A stretch of DNA of 64,000 nt from Antedon mediterranea (GCF_964355755.1 NC_092678.1:20043365-20107364); one strand, 5' to 3'. Numbered from the stretch's first letter, positions 24,101-36,880 are shown. Notes: generated from the sequence alone by a model not told the origin. A program made the numbers and translations.

Positions 24101-24453
24101 TTTTATTTTTATTTTTATTTTATTCAATCGAAACCAACAGCGATAATTACCGCCACTAACAGGTTTGATACAACAAAGCCAGGACTGTTTAAAGCACCTT
24201 GATTGGTCCTGACATTGATCAAGGGCTTCTCTTGTCCAGTGCCCACCTTGACCGGAGGTCTGAGGCAGATACTAGATGCAGGGGCTGCCATAAGAGTCAG
24301 CAGTGCTGATTTCAAATGCCTAACTGGACCCTAGCTCCGTATACAGCACCCGCTATTCCCAGATGGTCTCCCATCCAAGCTCTAATCAGGCCCAACGTTG
24401 CTTAACTTCGGTGATCTGACGAGAACCGGTGTTTCAACGTGGTAAAGCCGTAT
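24101..24453 (-). mobile_element. 5S-derived SINE (SINE3-like), about 350 bp
   Basis: 5S head, about 215-bp body, 3' stem-loop and (AATAA)n tail. Confidence 0.8.
24340..24453 (-). pseudogene. 5S rRNA-derived sequence (head of a SINE3-type element)
   Basis: Minus strand TACGGCTTTACCACGTTGAAACACCGGTTCTCGTCAGATCACCGAAGTTAAGCAACGTTGGGCCTGATTAGAGCTTGGATGGGAGACCATCTGGGAATAGCGGGTGCTGTA matches 5S rRNA, including the internal control region. No T-run terminator follows. Confidence 0.9.
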
Positions 24454-24881
24454 TTCAGAGAGATGTTCTACTGTATAAAAATCCAGATACTGTTTAAAAC
24501 AAAGTTTCAAGATAACAATCTAAATTTTAAAGACCAGATTGTTTTAATCAAAATATATTTTCTGACATAAAACATAATAACAAGTATTACTTTTACATTT
24601 TTTTTCTTTTATGTTTTCTAAATAACGTATTAATGTATAGCAACAATCTAAACAAAAATGTGTTTCTTAATTTTTAAATATAATTTTCTCTAAATCGCAA
24701 CAATAATTGTGAGAAATAACCTGGACCAGGATTTGAACTAGTGCACTGGAATTGGTAAGAAAAATATGCCACATTTAGTCTATGGGATATTGACACACAC
24801 GTCTGTGTTGTTCTTTGTAATAATACCAATGTCCTATAGAATGGACATTTTAATAAAAACTGTCCAGTCTGCCTCCCTCTA

Positions 24882-25059
24882 TCAAGAGGTTAAGTTTTTC
24901 TGTTCACGGTATTTCTTGTAATGCTGCGTTATGTCCTGGTCTAGCTGGTAATACATTGGAATACGTATTGAAGGTTTCGGGTCCAAATCCACAATGTTGC
25001 AGTGGTATTTAAATAAGTTCCCATTACCTGAAGATATATGTTGACTTGCATCTTCCACT
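24882..25059 (-). CDS. IPPK: IPPK last coding exon
   Basis: IVDLDPKPSIRIPMYYQLDQDI, stop TGA. Confidence 0.92.
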
Positions 25060-28000
25060 CTAAGAAAAAAGAAAAAAATAATAAAATAATTTGTAAATAT
25101 CAATAGTAAATAAATCCAGGTGATGTAGGCTATACAAGCTTCCATTCTAGTTTTCACCTCCTGATCTCTTCTTATTTTTGCACATATGGCCCTTCATACA
25201 ATAATCATTGAGTTGTTGGCTCTCTCATTAGTTCACTAAATTTAGCTTTTAATCACAGGTGCTGTTTATGCAAATCAACCAAATATGTTTTTCTTATTCT
25301 CCTTAGTTTGCAGAGGCAACACATACAATGTTTTTCAGAGACTAACAATGTAGAGATGTCATTTTGGTAAGTGAATCTATATTTTTGTTTTTGATACAAG
25401 CCAAAGAACTTTATACATTATAACCTTCATAGTTTTAAAATGTGTGTAATTTATTTATTTATACAATGAGTAAATAGATTCAAGTGTACACCAACATCAA
25501 ACACGTTATCAATCGATAAGTAATCAAGAAATATTTGCAACAAATAAATACAGAAAGCACTAAATTTTAGTCAAAGTGCTGTTTTCTGGGAAACATTAAC
25601 CACAAACCATCACAAATTTTTACTTTTTCTGTTTACTGCCCTCAATATGATCGTACAGTGGGAATCTGTAAACCTTTCTTAAAGTAATTTTTTGTTTAAT
25701 TTATACACAAATCCAATTGGAAAATAATCTGTTCTGTTCCAACTTAATGCGGTTTCATTTTCTTTTTTCAACTTCCTCAATATCAAACTTACTTTGCATT
25801 TGTTGTCCGTTGCATGGTAACCATGATAGAGCAGTCCTTTGTTGTAGCAGCTATTAGGAACTCCCTGATTTTTTGCACGGCATAGTCAATTGTTTCTTTC
25901 GTACTGTTGTTTCTAGTGACCTGGGTCATCATAGGTAACTGGTCTATAAAATGTTCATTAAATGGTCCTTCTAGAGAGTATTTCTCTCTAAAAAAAATAA
26001 AGAAAAACATTAAATGAATTCTCTCATTGATAGCATGTGTGCTATCAATGACAGCAAATATTTTTTCTAGACACATAGCAAAATCAAATATACTGTAGTG
26101 TATATCTGAGTTATCTAGAATCCAACTTGTACCATTTGATAGAGAATTGAGGTAAGGCATTACACCTTAGCTCATCATGATGAGAGTAGTCTTGGTAAAC
26201 AACCTTGTTTTGTTGTCAGAAGTTTGCGGTACACCATGTATGTTAGTTCAACAGTTCTTTTCAGAACTAACATACGTGGTGTACCGCAAACTTATATCAA
26301 CATTTGATTGTGACATGCAAACCTTCAAACAATATACAACCTTGTTTTACTTTATATAGACCAATAGGTGGCCAGTGACTTTGATTACAGTATCATATTA
26401 TATCCTTACCTATCTTCTGGGTGTTGAGATATATGTTCCTGTAGTTGTTGATAAAGTGGATAGATGCCCTCTATGTCCAAATCATCTAATCGTTGCACAT
26501 TTAATATACGATCCAATATACAACCAACTGGCAGAGAATTATTTACCTTATCTATGTATTTGTAGAAATTAATAAAAACAATATCATGAGAGTGTTAATA
26601 AAACGTCCCTTTAATAGAGGTTAGCCAATATCATGAGAGTGTTAATAAAATGTCCCTTTAATAGAGGTTAGCGATAATGGTAGTAGTCTACTGTAGTATA
26701 GTAGTCCTCCCAATCGTTTCACAAGAAAGTGTCCCTTAATAGGGATGTTTACTGAATAGTATATGTCTTCTGAAAAATTTAGTATTATGTCTTCTGAATA
26801 GGAGTGTGCATTGAATAGGTGTGTCCTGTTTAGGAGTGTGTGCTGAATAGGAGTGTGTGCTGAATAGGAGTGTGTATTGAATAGGGGTGTGTCCTGGATA
26901 GGAGGGTGTGTCCTGGATAGGAGTGTGTGCTGAATAGGATTATGTACTAAAAAGGGGTGTGTCCTGGATAAGAGTGTGTGCTGAATAGGATTATGTACTG
27001 AATAGGGGTGTGTCCTTGATAGGAGTGTGTCCTTGATAGTAGTGTGTGCTGAATAGGATTATGTATTGAATAGGGGTGTGTCCTGGATAGGAGTGTGTGC
27101 TGAATATGAGTGTGTACTGAATAGGGGTGTGTCCTTGATAGGAGTGTTTGCTGAATAGGATTATGTATTGAATAGGGGTGTGTCCTGGATAGGAGTGTGT
27201 GCTGAATAAGAGTGTGTATTGAATAGGGGTGTGTCCTTGATAGGAGTATGTGCTGAATAGGATTATGTACTGAATAGGGGTGTGTCCTTGATAGGAGGGT
27301 GTACTGAATAGGGGTGTGTCCTTAACAGGAGGGTGTACTGAATAGGGGTGTGTCCTTGATAGGAGGGTGTACTGAATAGGGGTGTGTCCTTGATAGGAGG
27401 GTGTACTGAATAGGGGTGTGTCCTTAACAGGAGGGTGTACTGAATAGGGGTGTGTCCTTGATAGGAGGGTGTACTGAATAGGGGTGTGTCCTTAACAGGA
27501 GGGTGTACTGAATAGGGGTGTGTCCTTGATAGGAGGGTGTACTGAATAGGGGTGTGTCCTTGATAGGAGGGTGTACTGAATAGGGGTGTGTCCTTGATAG
27601 GAGGGTGTACTCAATAGGGATGTGTCCTTGATAGGAGGGTGTACTGAATAGGGGTGTGTCCTTAACAGGAGGGTGTACTGAATAGGGGTGTGTCCTTAAC
27701 AGGAGGGTGTACTGAATAGGGGTGTGTCCTTGATAGGAGGGTGTACTGAATAGGGGTGTGTCCTTGATAGGAGGGTGTACTGAATAGGGGTGTGTCCTTG
27801 ATAGGAGGGTGTACTGAATAGGGGTGTGTCCTTAACAGGAGTGTGTACTCAATAGTAGGGAAAGAGAGTTTCTACTGTATAACATTGTAGTTAGACAGTT
27901 ACTACGTGCTGATAAGTTACTAAATAATGCAATTCCAAGAAACTTATACTGTAATTACTTCATTAAATAAAAACAATTCTATATATATTGCTGCAACAAT

Positions 28001-31000
28001 TTGCACTAATTGGCTTTTGGCACGGTGCCTTGCACGGTAAACCACAAACCTCAGAGGTCCTTCAAACGAATTTGTTTTGTTTGTTTCATTTTTATTAGCA
28101 TGACTTGTAACAAGTTATTTATTAATATCTTTATTAAATTGTTTGCGATGCAGTTGAACGATCAACAAGATCATTAACGCTCCTGCAGGAGTAGTACATG
28201 ATCTAAGAAGGTAAATGTATGCAGCTCTTTATGACCTTTGACATGTATGTCTTCTGACCTGTATATAGGTCTTCACGACTTCTATACAGGTCATTGGAAC
28301 TGCAGGTCATTGGAACCTTGGCGAGTAACAACATCCGTCTAGGTTAGCTTAAGTTGCACTCACATGGAGTTTCCAAACTTACCTGCACCACTCGGTTTAA
28401 ACTGACTCTCAAGGCACTGGTTCGTAGTTTGAGGTCGCTTTACTTCGATATTACCTTCCGTGGCTATGAGTACTGTTTGTATTAGATGTAGGAAGTCTAG
28501 CAGACAGGAACTGTGAATAAGACGCCAACAAATATAAGTAGTATAAAAGATAATAATAAAAATAAATTGGTGTTATAAAACATGTTTATTAATCTCTCCG
28601 AAGGCTACAGTAGCAATATATGCAAGCAATGAATTAGGCCAATGTAGCAATAAGTCAACAGTGAGGAATAATCTTATGTTATTTTGTACCTATATGCATA
28701 TGAGATTAGTATATTAGGAAATATATATTGAAGCAATTAGAACATAATTTGTCATATTGAAAAGGTCGTGCACAGGTAGGATGTACCTGCCTGAACTAAG
28801 CATCCGCGAATGGTACCTGTTATATTACAAACAGAAAGTACACTAATGCTAGTTAACTTATTCTCTATGCACTAATGTCATTTACTATCTAATGTAACAT
28901 ATTATCCACCAACAAATATATTACACCCCACAGTGTCACTTATTCTCCAGTGACAAATCATGTTATTTATTCAAGAATGTCACATTATGTCACTTATATA
29001 GCTTTCCTTTATTAACTTTAATTTTATTTATTTTTCAATAACAAACCATAACTTATTCTCAAATGTCCATATTTCTAATGTCACTTATTTTGTAATCTGT
29101 ATGATACATGTCATTTATTCTCAAATGACAGTGTCATTTACTGTCACTTATTATTCTCTGAAGACAATACATATTTTTTTAAAGAATTAAATTAAATCTA
29201 TTAGGCTAGGCCTTAAAAGCTATTCAACGGCAAGTGTATGTGTGTGTTACTGTCTGACGCTCTGTCTACACTATCAAACTAGTTTGACGACAAAAAGAGC
29301 GATGTACCCAAATATGGTAGTGATATATCACATGTTACATAAAATTTGATAGTGTAGACAGAGCTTCAAACAAGCTTAATTTTTAGAAGGTCAGCTACAG
29401 GCATGAATAAGACCTATCTTACAGTGATATCGGTTAATTGTTGTGTTTCTTGCATATTTTTGTAATTCTGTTTTGAGAAAATATTACATTTATTATTTAT
29501 ATTTGTGGAAAATATTTTATATATTCTTACTGATTTAAAGAATTATGTCCATCTTTATTTTCTGAACTTGATCCAAATTGCGATTTTAAAAGGTCGGTCA
29601 ACCGTTGACGATCCTGAGAAGTTGGCGTGTGTTGTCCGTTATTTGAAAAAATTAATTGGCCATTCTAGGAATAGAAAAGCGCTTAAAAAATAAATGAGCT
29701 TTTATAGTAAAACAAATAATGTTACTACAGTCATCCACAATTGTAAAGCAAGGGTGCCGCAAACCATAGCTATATACAATCGGAAACTCTTCAAGTTACA
29801 GGTTATTCCGCCATTTACATTTACTCTTCGAAAACCGTAGAATTTACCAAAAACATTTTCTTTATTTCCAACGAACCCAAATATTTAAAAGCTTTGTCTG
29901 CTGCAGGAACATCCTGATAGACTTACCATAAATATCCTAAGATTGTTTTGTGGTGTTTTTATAAGGCATGAAAGAGCATACATCATTCTTTCTTCATTCC
30001 TAAAAAAATACATGGTCATAAAATAGCAAACAATGAATGTTTATGAGCGTGATGGTATAAATAATAGGTGGAAGATGAGAGGTTATATTTAACCAAAGGT
30101 ACTGGAGCATAAGGAAAGCATAGTTCTTATGCTGTTGTTAAGGGGTTGCGGTGTCCAGCCTTCAGCCAGTAAAAATCTATGTTATTTGGAGCGATTGATA
30201 GAACACAATTGTTATCATGACGTGATGATCACCCAATCAAATGAGAGGAATCTATTACTGTAAGTCCTTATGATTTGCAAACTCTCCCAAATGACTTCAA
30301 TAACAAAAGTAGGTACAAACCCTGAAAATAGATCTATAGGGCAGTACAAACTAGCCGAATCCCATGTTCCAAATTCCAACTAGAAAAAAAATGTTTAAAA
30401 AAATATTAGGAAAACAATTATTCAGTGTTAGTGAGAGTATGATTGTATTATGGTAAATAGAGGATTCAGATCCTAGATGAATGGTAAGAAAGCATGTTAT
30501 CACCAAGCTTTAGGAAAAGTATTTTGTAGTAATTATATAATCTAAAGTTCTGTCTACACTATCAAACTTTATGTGACAAAAAAATGTGATGTGCCCTTAT
30601 ATGGATATGATGATGTCATATCACTACCGTATTTGGGCACATCACTACCATATTTGGGCGCATCACACTTTTTTTGTCAAACTAGTTTGATAGTGTAGAC
30701 TGAGCTTAATATATGATGTTACCTTTAATTTTTGATACATACAGAATTTACAGGCAGTCTTTTTGATCGACCTTTCTTCACTGATTGGCTTACAATCTGG
30801 TAGGAATCCCATTTTTGGCTAAAATATTTTTAAAAAGCAATTAAGTATTGGGTTAAAGATGGGGGTCGGGTATTGACGGCCTATTCTAGGAGATACAAAT
30901 TGCTGGTGGTTAGATAGAATTTTCCAAATTGTCATGTAGGCCTATTTACTGATGTTGATCTCTAGTTTGAAAGGGGGACTTGTCAGGAAAAAGGGACTTC

Positions 31001-34000
31001 GTGACACCCATGACTTTGGGCCTGACAATTTTGTTTCTTTACACAATGGAAATTACTTATGTGTTCATTGCAATAAAGGTGAAAGGTTAAATTAAAGTAA
31101 TAGATCAAAAATTAAAACACAGAGAAGAGTTTACAATCCTAAAAAGTACTTTATTTATTATCCATAACCAATTCTCTGTAATGTATCTAAACTTTGGACA
31201 GTAACATTGTCAAATTCTGTGATACACAATAACATGTTTTTCACATGTGATGTCTGTATCACAGGCTATAACCTTTAAACTTACACAAAATAGGCCTACA
31301 TACGACACTGTTTTACATAATTCTCCTACACTGAACATATAATATGGAGATACAGGGTTATAGTGAATCGGTGGTATTTTAATTTTTTCTTCCTTTTCAG
31401 AGCCTTTATTTAAACAAGTTTTCTATTAATACGTATTTTAAATTAGTGGTATCAACCTAAAGATTATTATTACCTTAATTTCTACACAAAATACTGGATT
31501 GGTATTCTTCCTGTCGGAAGGCTGAACGGAGCAAAGATCTGGCAGGCTTATAGCGTATTCACTCTCTTCATCAACCTCCGTGTCCAGACGTTTAGCTGGC
31601 CTCAATTTTCTCACCTTTTCACTTATACCCTTTAAAAAATCTACTGACACTGGAACAATTTCCTATGAGACAAACAAAAGAAAATTACAGTATAAATTTA
31701 TGACTCTTTCTTCTTTCTTTCTTTAATTTCTTTTCCTTTTCTTTCTTTTTCTGATAAAACAATGTTTGGGAGTTAAATGCATACAAGATGTTCCAAAGGT
31801 TAGCAACAGGATTAGGTATTTTCAATTAGCATTATTCCAGCCCAGATTTTCAATAACATTTGCATATTATCTGTTTTACTAAATTTAGTAATTTCAATTT
31901 GATAAAGTAAAGTAAAAAATTAAATAACATGCCCTCTATTGCTTTCTGTATTATTTTGTCGAGTATTTTTCTCAGTTTCTGAGAACTTATATATATATAT
32001 TTTTTCATTAATCATGATAGTGTGCAGATTCATGACTCTCCGTTTAAGAATATACAAACTGAAACTAACATACAGTCCCAATTAAAGGGGCACTTTCCTG
32101 TGAAATTAATTAAGAGAAATATATGTTTTAGCACTATGGCAAAACCGTTATTAAAAGGACACTTTGTTGGGTCCTGAAGATGTTCCCTTAATAGAGGTTC
32201 TGCTGTATATCTGTTAAATTAAATAATCACCAGTAAATTCAAATTTCCTGTAAAAGGAACAAGGAAAATGTATCTTTTAACATTGCGGCACCCCTATACA
32301 GGGCGATCCTATTAGAGGGAAACTTTGTTGAATGTTGAAGATGTCCCCTTAATAGAGGTTCTATGGTTTACTAAAGAATACTGTACCACTATCTATTTAT
32401 TATTATTTTGTTTTGCATCATTGCTTTTAAGGAGTCTTTTGTTTAAATATTTGTTATGGAGACAATTATAGTATAATAAAGGACCATATGGATTTAGTAC
32501 CATAAGGCTAAGCTGTGGTTTTTGCAATACCAAACCACAGGATTTGATTTCCTGCTCAACATACCACAACTAATATCTAGTCAGGGATCATGACAACATT
32601 ATTTTACTGCAGTTTGGACTGACAATTTTTTTGTATTGTTTTTTTTTTATTTATTCAACTTGTAACTTGTTGTGTCCTTTGGATATTGTGCTCCGCCAAC
32701 AGAGCAAACAGAATTTCTATGTTTTTTTTCTTAAAACAAATGACAATAAATGACACTTGACTTGACTTGAAGTTCTCACTAAGTGGTAAACACATCTAAC
32801 ATGGTCCAGTCGCAGTTGCACAGTGGCTGTGTGTGAAAATGGCTGTGTGTGTGTGTGTGTACTAGTACACAAGGGTAACCCCCTACTCGTCTCGAAAGAT
32901 GTACTAGGTTCTTTAAAGTGCACATGAGCCAGATGTGTAAACTGGACCTACGGTTTATTAGTCTTTATCCAAGAAGACTCATTCTACCACCAGAACCATG
33001 GCGCGAGTGAGCCTCAGGTTAAAAAGAACGCAAAACATAGTAGTAGAATATTATTGACATGATCCCTTTAATAAATCAAACATTAGCGGGATTGTAGTAG
33101 TCAGGACATTTAGAAAATATACTATAAAGGAAAGCAAAAACAGGAAAATAAAAAACACCACAAACAGGATAAATAATTACACTGGAACAATCCATTTTCT
33201 AAATAGGGTTAACAATACCTTTAAGAATAATCATTTTATAAGCCTTTTCACACTACCTCATTGGTAATATAAATTTACAAATGTCATGCTTTAAATGGTA
33301 AATGCATGGTTAAGGGATTTTAAAATACCAAAAGTATTGGATATATTGAAAACGTTTTGTTGTACACATGTTTTTGAATACTGCAGAAACTATAAAGTAT
33401 TAGACATGATTTTATATACTGTAGAAGCTATTTTTGCACCACTCCTTTAGGCATTTATATTCAAGAGAACGGAATCATTAGAAAAAAGTTACCATATGGT
33501 AGCTTATTGTTTACTACGGCTATGAGTATTGAGTATTTGGAAGAAATATTTCTATTTATTTATTAAGAGGTCCCACTTTTGTGTTGGGCTTTTAACCCAT
33601 AATTTACCCCTTTTATAAATTAATATACCTACAGCAATTGGGACAACTTCTTCTCCTAGAAGAGGTCTAAGAACACCCTCAGAATATTGCAGCATGCGTC
33701 TACACAACTGTAGCTTGCCCTCACTGTCACTACTCTTCGGGTCCTGTAAGCCAAAAATAATAATTTTCAGTTTTATAACTTGCTTATGTTTGCAGGCAAA
33801 TCAAACATTATGTGACAAAAATGTGATTTGCCCATATATAAAAATGATGTAATTTCACTACCATAATTGGGCATATCACTACCATATTTGGACATATCAC
33901 ACTTTTTTGTCAAACTAGTTTGATAGCGTAGACAGAGCTTAAGTGATTGAATTTATATAGTTATCCTTGGCAATGTGCCTAAAATGAAAAAATAAGTTAA

Positions 34001-34385
34001 AAACTTGTATTTAATAATATAATTCTGTAAGTTAATTAACATACTTTAGTATCACACTTGACAACAACTTTCTTCTTCCGTAACTTGAAAACTCTATTGG
34101 TCTGAAAAAAAAATATGATGAATGTGACACAGGTCCATGGAAGGATCACATTCGGGAGATATGAAGGTGTCCAATGAACAGGACAGGGGTGTTCCAAAGG
34201 ATGAGGGAGGGGGTCTACAGTGTCCCAGAGGTAAGGGGAGTGGGGGGGGGGGGGCTACTGTAGTATGTTTGTGTGATACCATTTCTTTGATATGGTCAAA
34301 TTGATCAAACTTTACCTACCTTTGTATTTGCGATGACTAAAGATGAATTTCCTTCGCCACGATACACCCAATCAGATGTATCCAT
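24882..34385 (-). CDS. IPPK: Inositol-pentakisphosphate 2-kinase (IP5 2-K), complete, about 475 aa
   Basis: 12 coding exons with AG/GT borders and consistent phases: 34385-34320, 34101-34045, 33743-33633, 31662-31474, 30818-30723, 30379-30321, 29999-29927, 29664-29531, 28510-28383, 26551-26410, 25987-25793, 25059-24882 (1428 nt). Family motifs: WVYRGEGNSSLV, VEIKPK, CKFCM, YCPIDLFSG, PQNNLRIF, LDIEGIYPLY, TTKDCSIMV, VDLDPKP. Confidence 0.95.
25793..25987 (-). CDS. IPPK: IPPK coding exon 11
   Basis: LEGPFNE..YAVQKIREFLIAATTKDCSIMV, donor GTAAGT. Confidence 0.93.
26410..26551 (-). CDS. IPPK: IPPK coding exon 10
   Basis: LPVGCILDRILNVQRLDDLDIEGIYPLY, donor GTAAGG. Confidence 0.92.
26790..27855. 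repeat. G-rich 34-bp minisatellite (GTACTGAATAGGGGTGTGTCCTTGATAGGAGGGT)n
   Basis: Dimer of 16-18-bp subunits; homogeneous from about 27270. Confidence 0.97.
28383..28510 (-). CDS. IPPK: IPPK coding exon 9
   Basis: ttcacag / GTAAGT, phase 2-1, open frame SCLLDFLHLIQTVLIA... Confidence 0.8.
29531..29664 (-). CDS. IPPK: IPPK coding exon 8
   Basis: NGQLIFS..., donor GTAAGA, phase 0-2. Confidence 0.85.
29927..29999 (-). CDS. IPPK: IPPK coding exon 7
   Basis: NEERMMYALSCLIKTPQNNLRIFM, donor GTAAGT. Confidence 0.92.
30321..30379 (-). CDS. IPPK: IPPK coding exon 6
   Basis: LEFGTWDSASLYCPIDLFSG, donor GTTTGT. Confidence 0.9.
30546..30706. mobile_element. PIF/Harbinger-like MITE family A (representative copy)
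   Basis: Family TIR consensus AGCTCTGTCTACACTATCAAACT, TAA/TTA flanks. Other copies: 6150-6273, 11446-11592, 13801-13933, 14547-14642, 18908-19017, 20989-21149, 29259-29365, 33799-33939. Confidence 0.8.
30723..30818 (-). CDS. IPPK: IPPK coding exon 5
   Basis: PKMGFLP..ACKFCMYQKLK, donor GTAAAC. Confidence 0.92.
31474..31662 (-). CDS. IPPK: IPPK coding exon 4
   Basis: EIVPVSVDFLK..RPAKRLD..LPDL..FCVEIK, donor GTAATA. Confidence 0.92.
32755..33018 (-). mobile_element. SINE remnant with Deu-domain-like core and (TCAAG)n tail
   Basis: Minus strand AGTCTTCTTGGATAAAGACTAATAAACCGTAGGTCC..GTGCACTTTAAAGAACC resembles the DeuSINE core as I recall it; short-repeat tail. Confidence 0.55.
33633..33743 (-). 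CDS. IPPK: IPPK coding exon 3
   Basis: ttacag / GTAGGT, 111 nt, ...YSEGVLRPLLGEEVVPIA. Confidence 0.85.
34045..34101 (-). CDS. IPPK: IPPK coding exon 2 (TNRVFKLRKKKVVVKCDTK)
   Basis: ttttcag / GTATGT, 57 nt. Confidence 0.8.
34320..34385 (-). CDS. IPPK: IPPK coding exon 1 (MDTSDWVYRGEGNSSLVIANTK)
   Basis: Acceptor ttttacag 4 nt before ATG, donor GTAGGT; G-loop GEGN. Confidence 0.92.
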
Positions 34386-34837
34386 TGCTCTGTAAAATAG
34401 GTTATACTTATTGTAAACATGAACATTATTAAATTAACAAAATTTCTTTTTTGTTATTGTTTTAAATGTTTGTTTTATGAAATATATTGTATAAAGAATG
34501 TTTTGGACAAACATCACTATTTGACAGTCATATATAAGGTGTATATGCCTAGCCTTGGCTTATAAGAATCCTTAAGATTGGGACAGCAGAGGCCAGACAG
34601 AGCAGCAGAAGAGAAGGGGAGGGGAGGGGTGGAGAAAGAGGGAGAAATTTCCAGTTGAATAAGGAATAATATTGTAAAAAATGTACTTATTAAGCAGATA
34701 TACTATCATGGTTAGTAGAAAATTTTGTATAGCTTCTATAAATAACTGTAAACACCAGATTAGGACAAATTTAGTTAGACAAGTCTAGGCCTAAGCTGAA
34801 GCAGGGCGAGATTAATGAGGACGCGGGACAGGAGGCC

Positions 34838-35150
34838 ACTTACCCGCCTATGAGAGAGTAGAATTAACACCCGGTGATGCTAGGTAGGCCTAGGCACTCA
34901 CAACATAACGTATGTTTTCTCTAAGTAGACCCTAGCTATATTTAAAATTACCTCATCCAAAATATGTATAAATTATACAATATAAAGTATTTATTGTTAC
35001 CAAAATCGCTAATAATTACATTAGCATATATTTTTCTGCTAAAAATGCCCGCAAAATTTAAGAATTTCTGCAAATAGCGCCCTCAATTATTTAGATAATA
35101 ATTTATGCATAAACTTTTTCCAAGATGATTTAAAATGTTGTCGATTAAAA
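34838..35150 (-). promoter_or_regulatory. Putative IPPK promoter / non-coding first exon(s)
   Basis: Coding exon 1 has an acceptor before its ATG, so a 5' UTR exon is expected. Candidate donors are GG|GTAAGT (34843) and GAG|GTAATT (34951), in a locally CpG-richer segment. Confidence 0.45.
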
Positions 35151-36846
35151 CACAGGTGTAATTTACATAATCCTATCACGCTATTGTTTCCTATACCGGA
35201 TTTGGTACATTATTTCATTTTCATATCTTGTTGTAAAAACATGTGTACGTAGGCCGCGCATATGCAAGGATATTATTAACATTATGCATGTTTTACAATA
35301 TTATAATCTATGCTAGTATTCAATTACGTAATATTATTAACACTTGACGTAGGCTTAGGGGGTGGAATGCGTGTTGCTTTAAATAGATTTGATACAACAA
35401 GGACAGGACGTACGTAAACAGTTCTGGATGTTCAAAAAGCAAGGCTAATAATTTATCTTAATGTATAGATATAAATCTTTCAAAGATCAAGGTTTAGCCG
35501 GACCTCATCGTATACACATCATCATGAACTTTGGTCTAGCCTTGTTATTGTGCGGACTGTTGTGTGAATCTGTATACTTGACATTGATCGTACGTTAATC
35601 ACGGTGTGAGTGATGCCTGACATTGACTTTGTCGATGACCCTCGATCGACAAATCTACCTTTTGTTTACTATTTTTGTTTACAAACAACAAGGCACTCAA
35701 CCGACATGCCTCCACGATCACTCGAAATATTCGTCATTGTTGACGCTTAAACGCTGGCCAACAATACCATTATGATGAGAATTCGGTTAGGCCTCAGTGG
35801 GATCACTCTTTACAATAACCTTTTTTCCCGGAATTAGTGCATTTTTACTCAGCTAGTACTGGATCATTGTATCTCTTTGATCTTAAAATTATGCCCATGT
35901 CTTTGTTAACAATGGAATTGTCAGTAAGCCTATCACAAATCGTGTTTGGATCGGTTACATGCAATTGGTGTACGCGGTACACTGCACAGTACAAGCTTTA
36001 AAATACAATTTAATATATCAAAATGTAAAAAAAAAATAGTAGGCCTCATTTAGTATGGGAACTGCCTCAAAGAACAGATAGAGGCCAGTGACATTGCTCC
36101 ACCATGGCATTATTCATTCGATGATTCTCTCTGTAGGCCTATACTTAACTGTATTTAGATTTTCTAGTCATTGGAAAATTCCGTAATATCGCTTAGTTAG
36201 TAATATACCATTAACCACTATCCTAAACGTACAGTACATGATAACAGCAACTGGTAAATCATGGCCACGCCCAGTAAAAACACACCCCTTCCGTTTGTTA
36301 TTCCGTTATTCATCATATCATTTATCATATTATATCTGATGGTTACCTCACCTTCGTATTATTTTCCGGCATATCCGGTCTTTTTATTCATGAATTATGT
36401 TTCTGCATCCAATAACCTATTTAGTTTTGAAATTGCGGCCATTTTGTTTTTCACATTTTAAGGGTGAAGATCTAAAAATTTCCGGACTGGGTAAACAGCA
36501 TTTGAATTCAGCACCCCAAAATTACACACACACGAAATGCCTACAGCATCTTATTAGAGTGGAAATATGACTATCTGGACTAGTCTATATACGCATTGAA
36601 TAATCACCAAAATTTTACATTATTCATGTAAATATCGCCCTCTATAATTAATAATATGCCTTTTCAATAAATTTACAGGCATATCAAGTTCCTCTTAATT
36701 TAATTTATTTGTACTGTATAAACAAGAACATATGGTTCTTCGATCAACAATAATAGGCTACTGAACCAAGTTATAAAAAAGGCTGGCCCCTTGATATGCT
36801 AATCATCGCTAGAATTATCATATCTCTTTAATAACAATGCATATAG

Positions 36847-36880
36847 CAGGGAGTTGTTATTAGATAATAACAACTCCCTG
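36847..36880. mobile_element. 34-bp TIR-only insert with 7-bp TSD (putative P-superfamily footprint)
   Basis: catatag[CAGGGAGTTGTTATTAG ATAATAACAACTCCCTG]catatag. Confidence 0.75.

Noticed and set aside
24340-24453. Functional 5S rRNA gene
   Set aside because: Single copy, altered 5' end, no oligo-T terminator, and continues into a SINE body and tail.
33179-33245. Possible decayed copy of IPPK exon 3/4 sequence (13-mer ACACTGGAACAAT shared with 31647-31659)
   Set aside because: A 13-mer match plus loose similarity is within chance for 64 kb of AT-rich DNA, and there is no open frame.
36430-36583. Possible DNA-transposon end (GAATTCAGCACCCCAAAATT ... CTGGACTA)
   Set aside because: No partner TIR or TSD was found, so the family cannot be supported.
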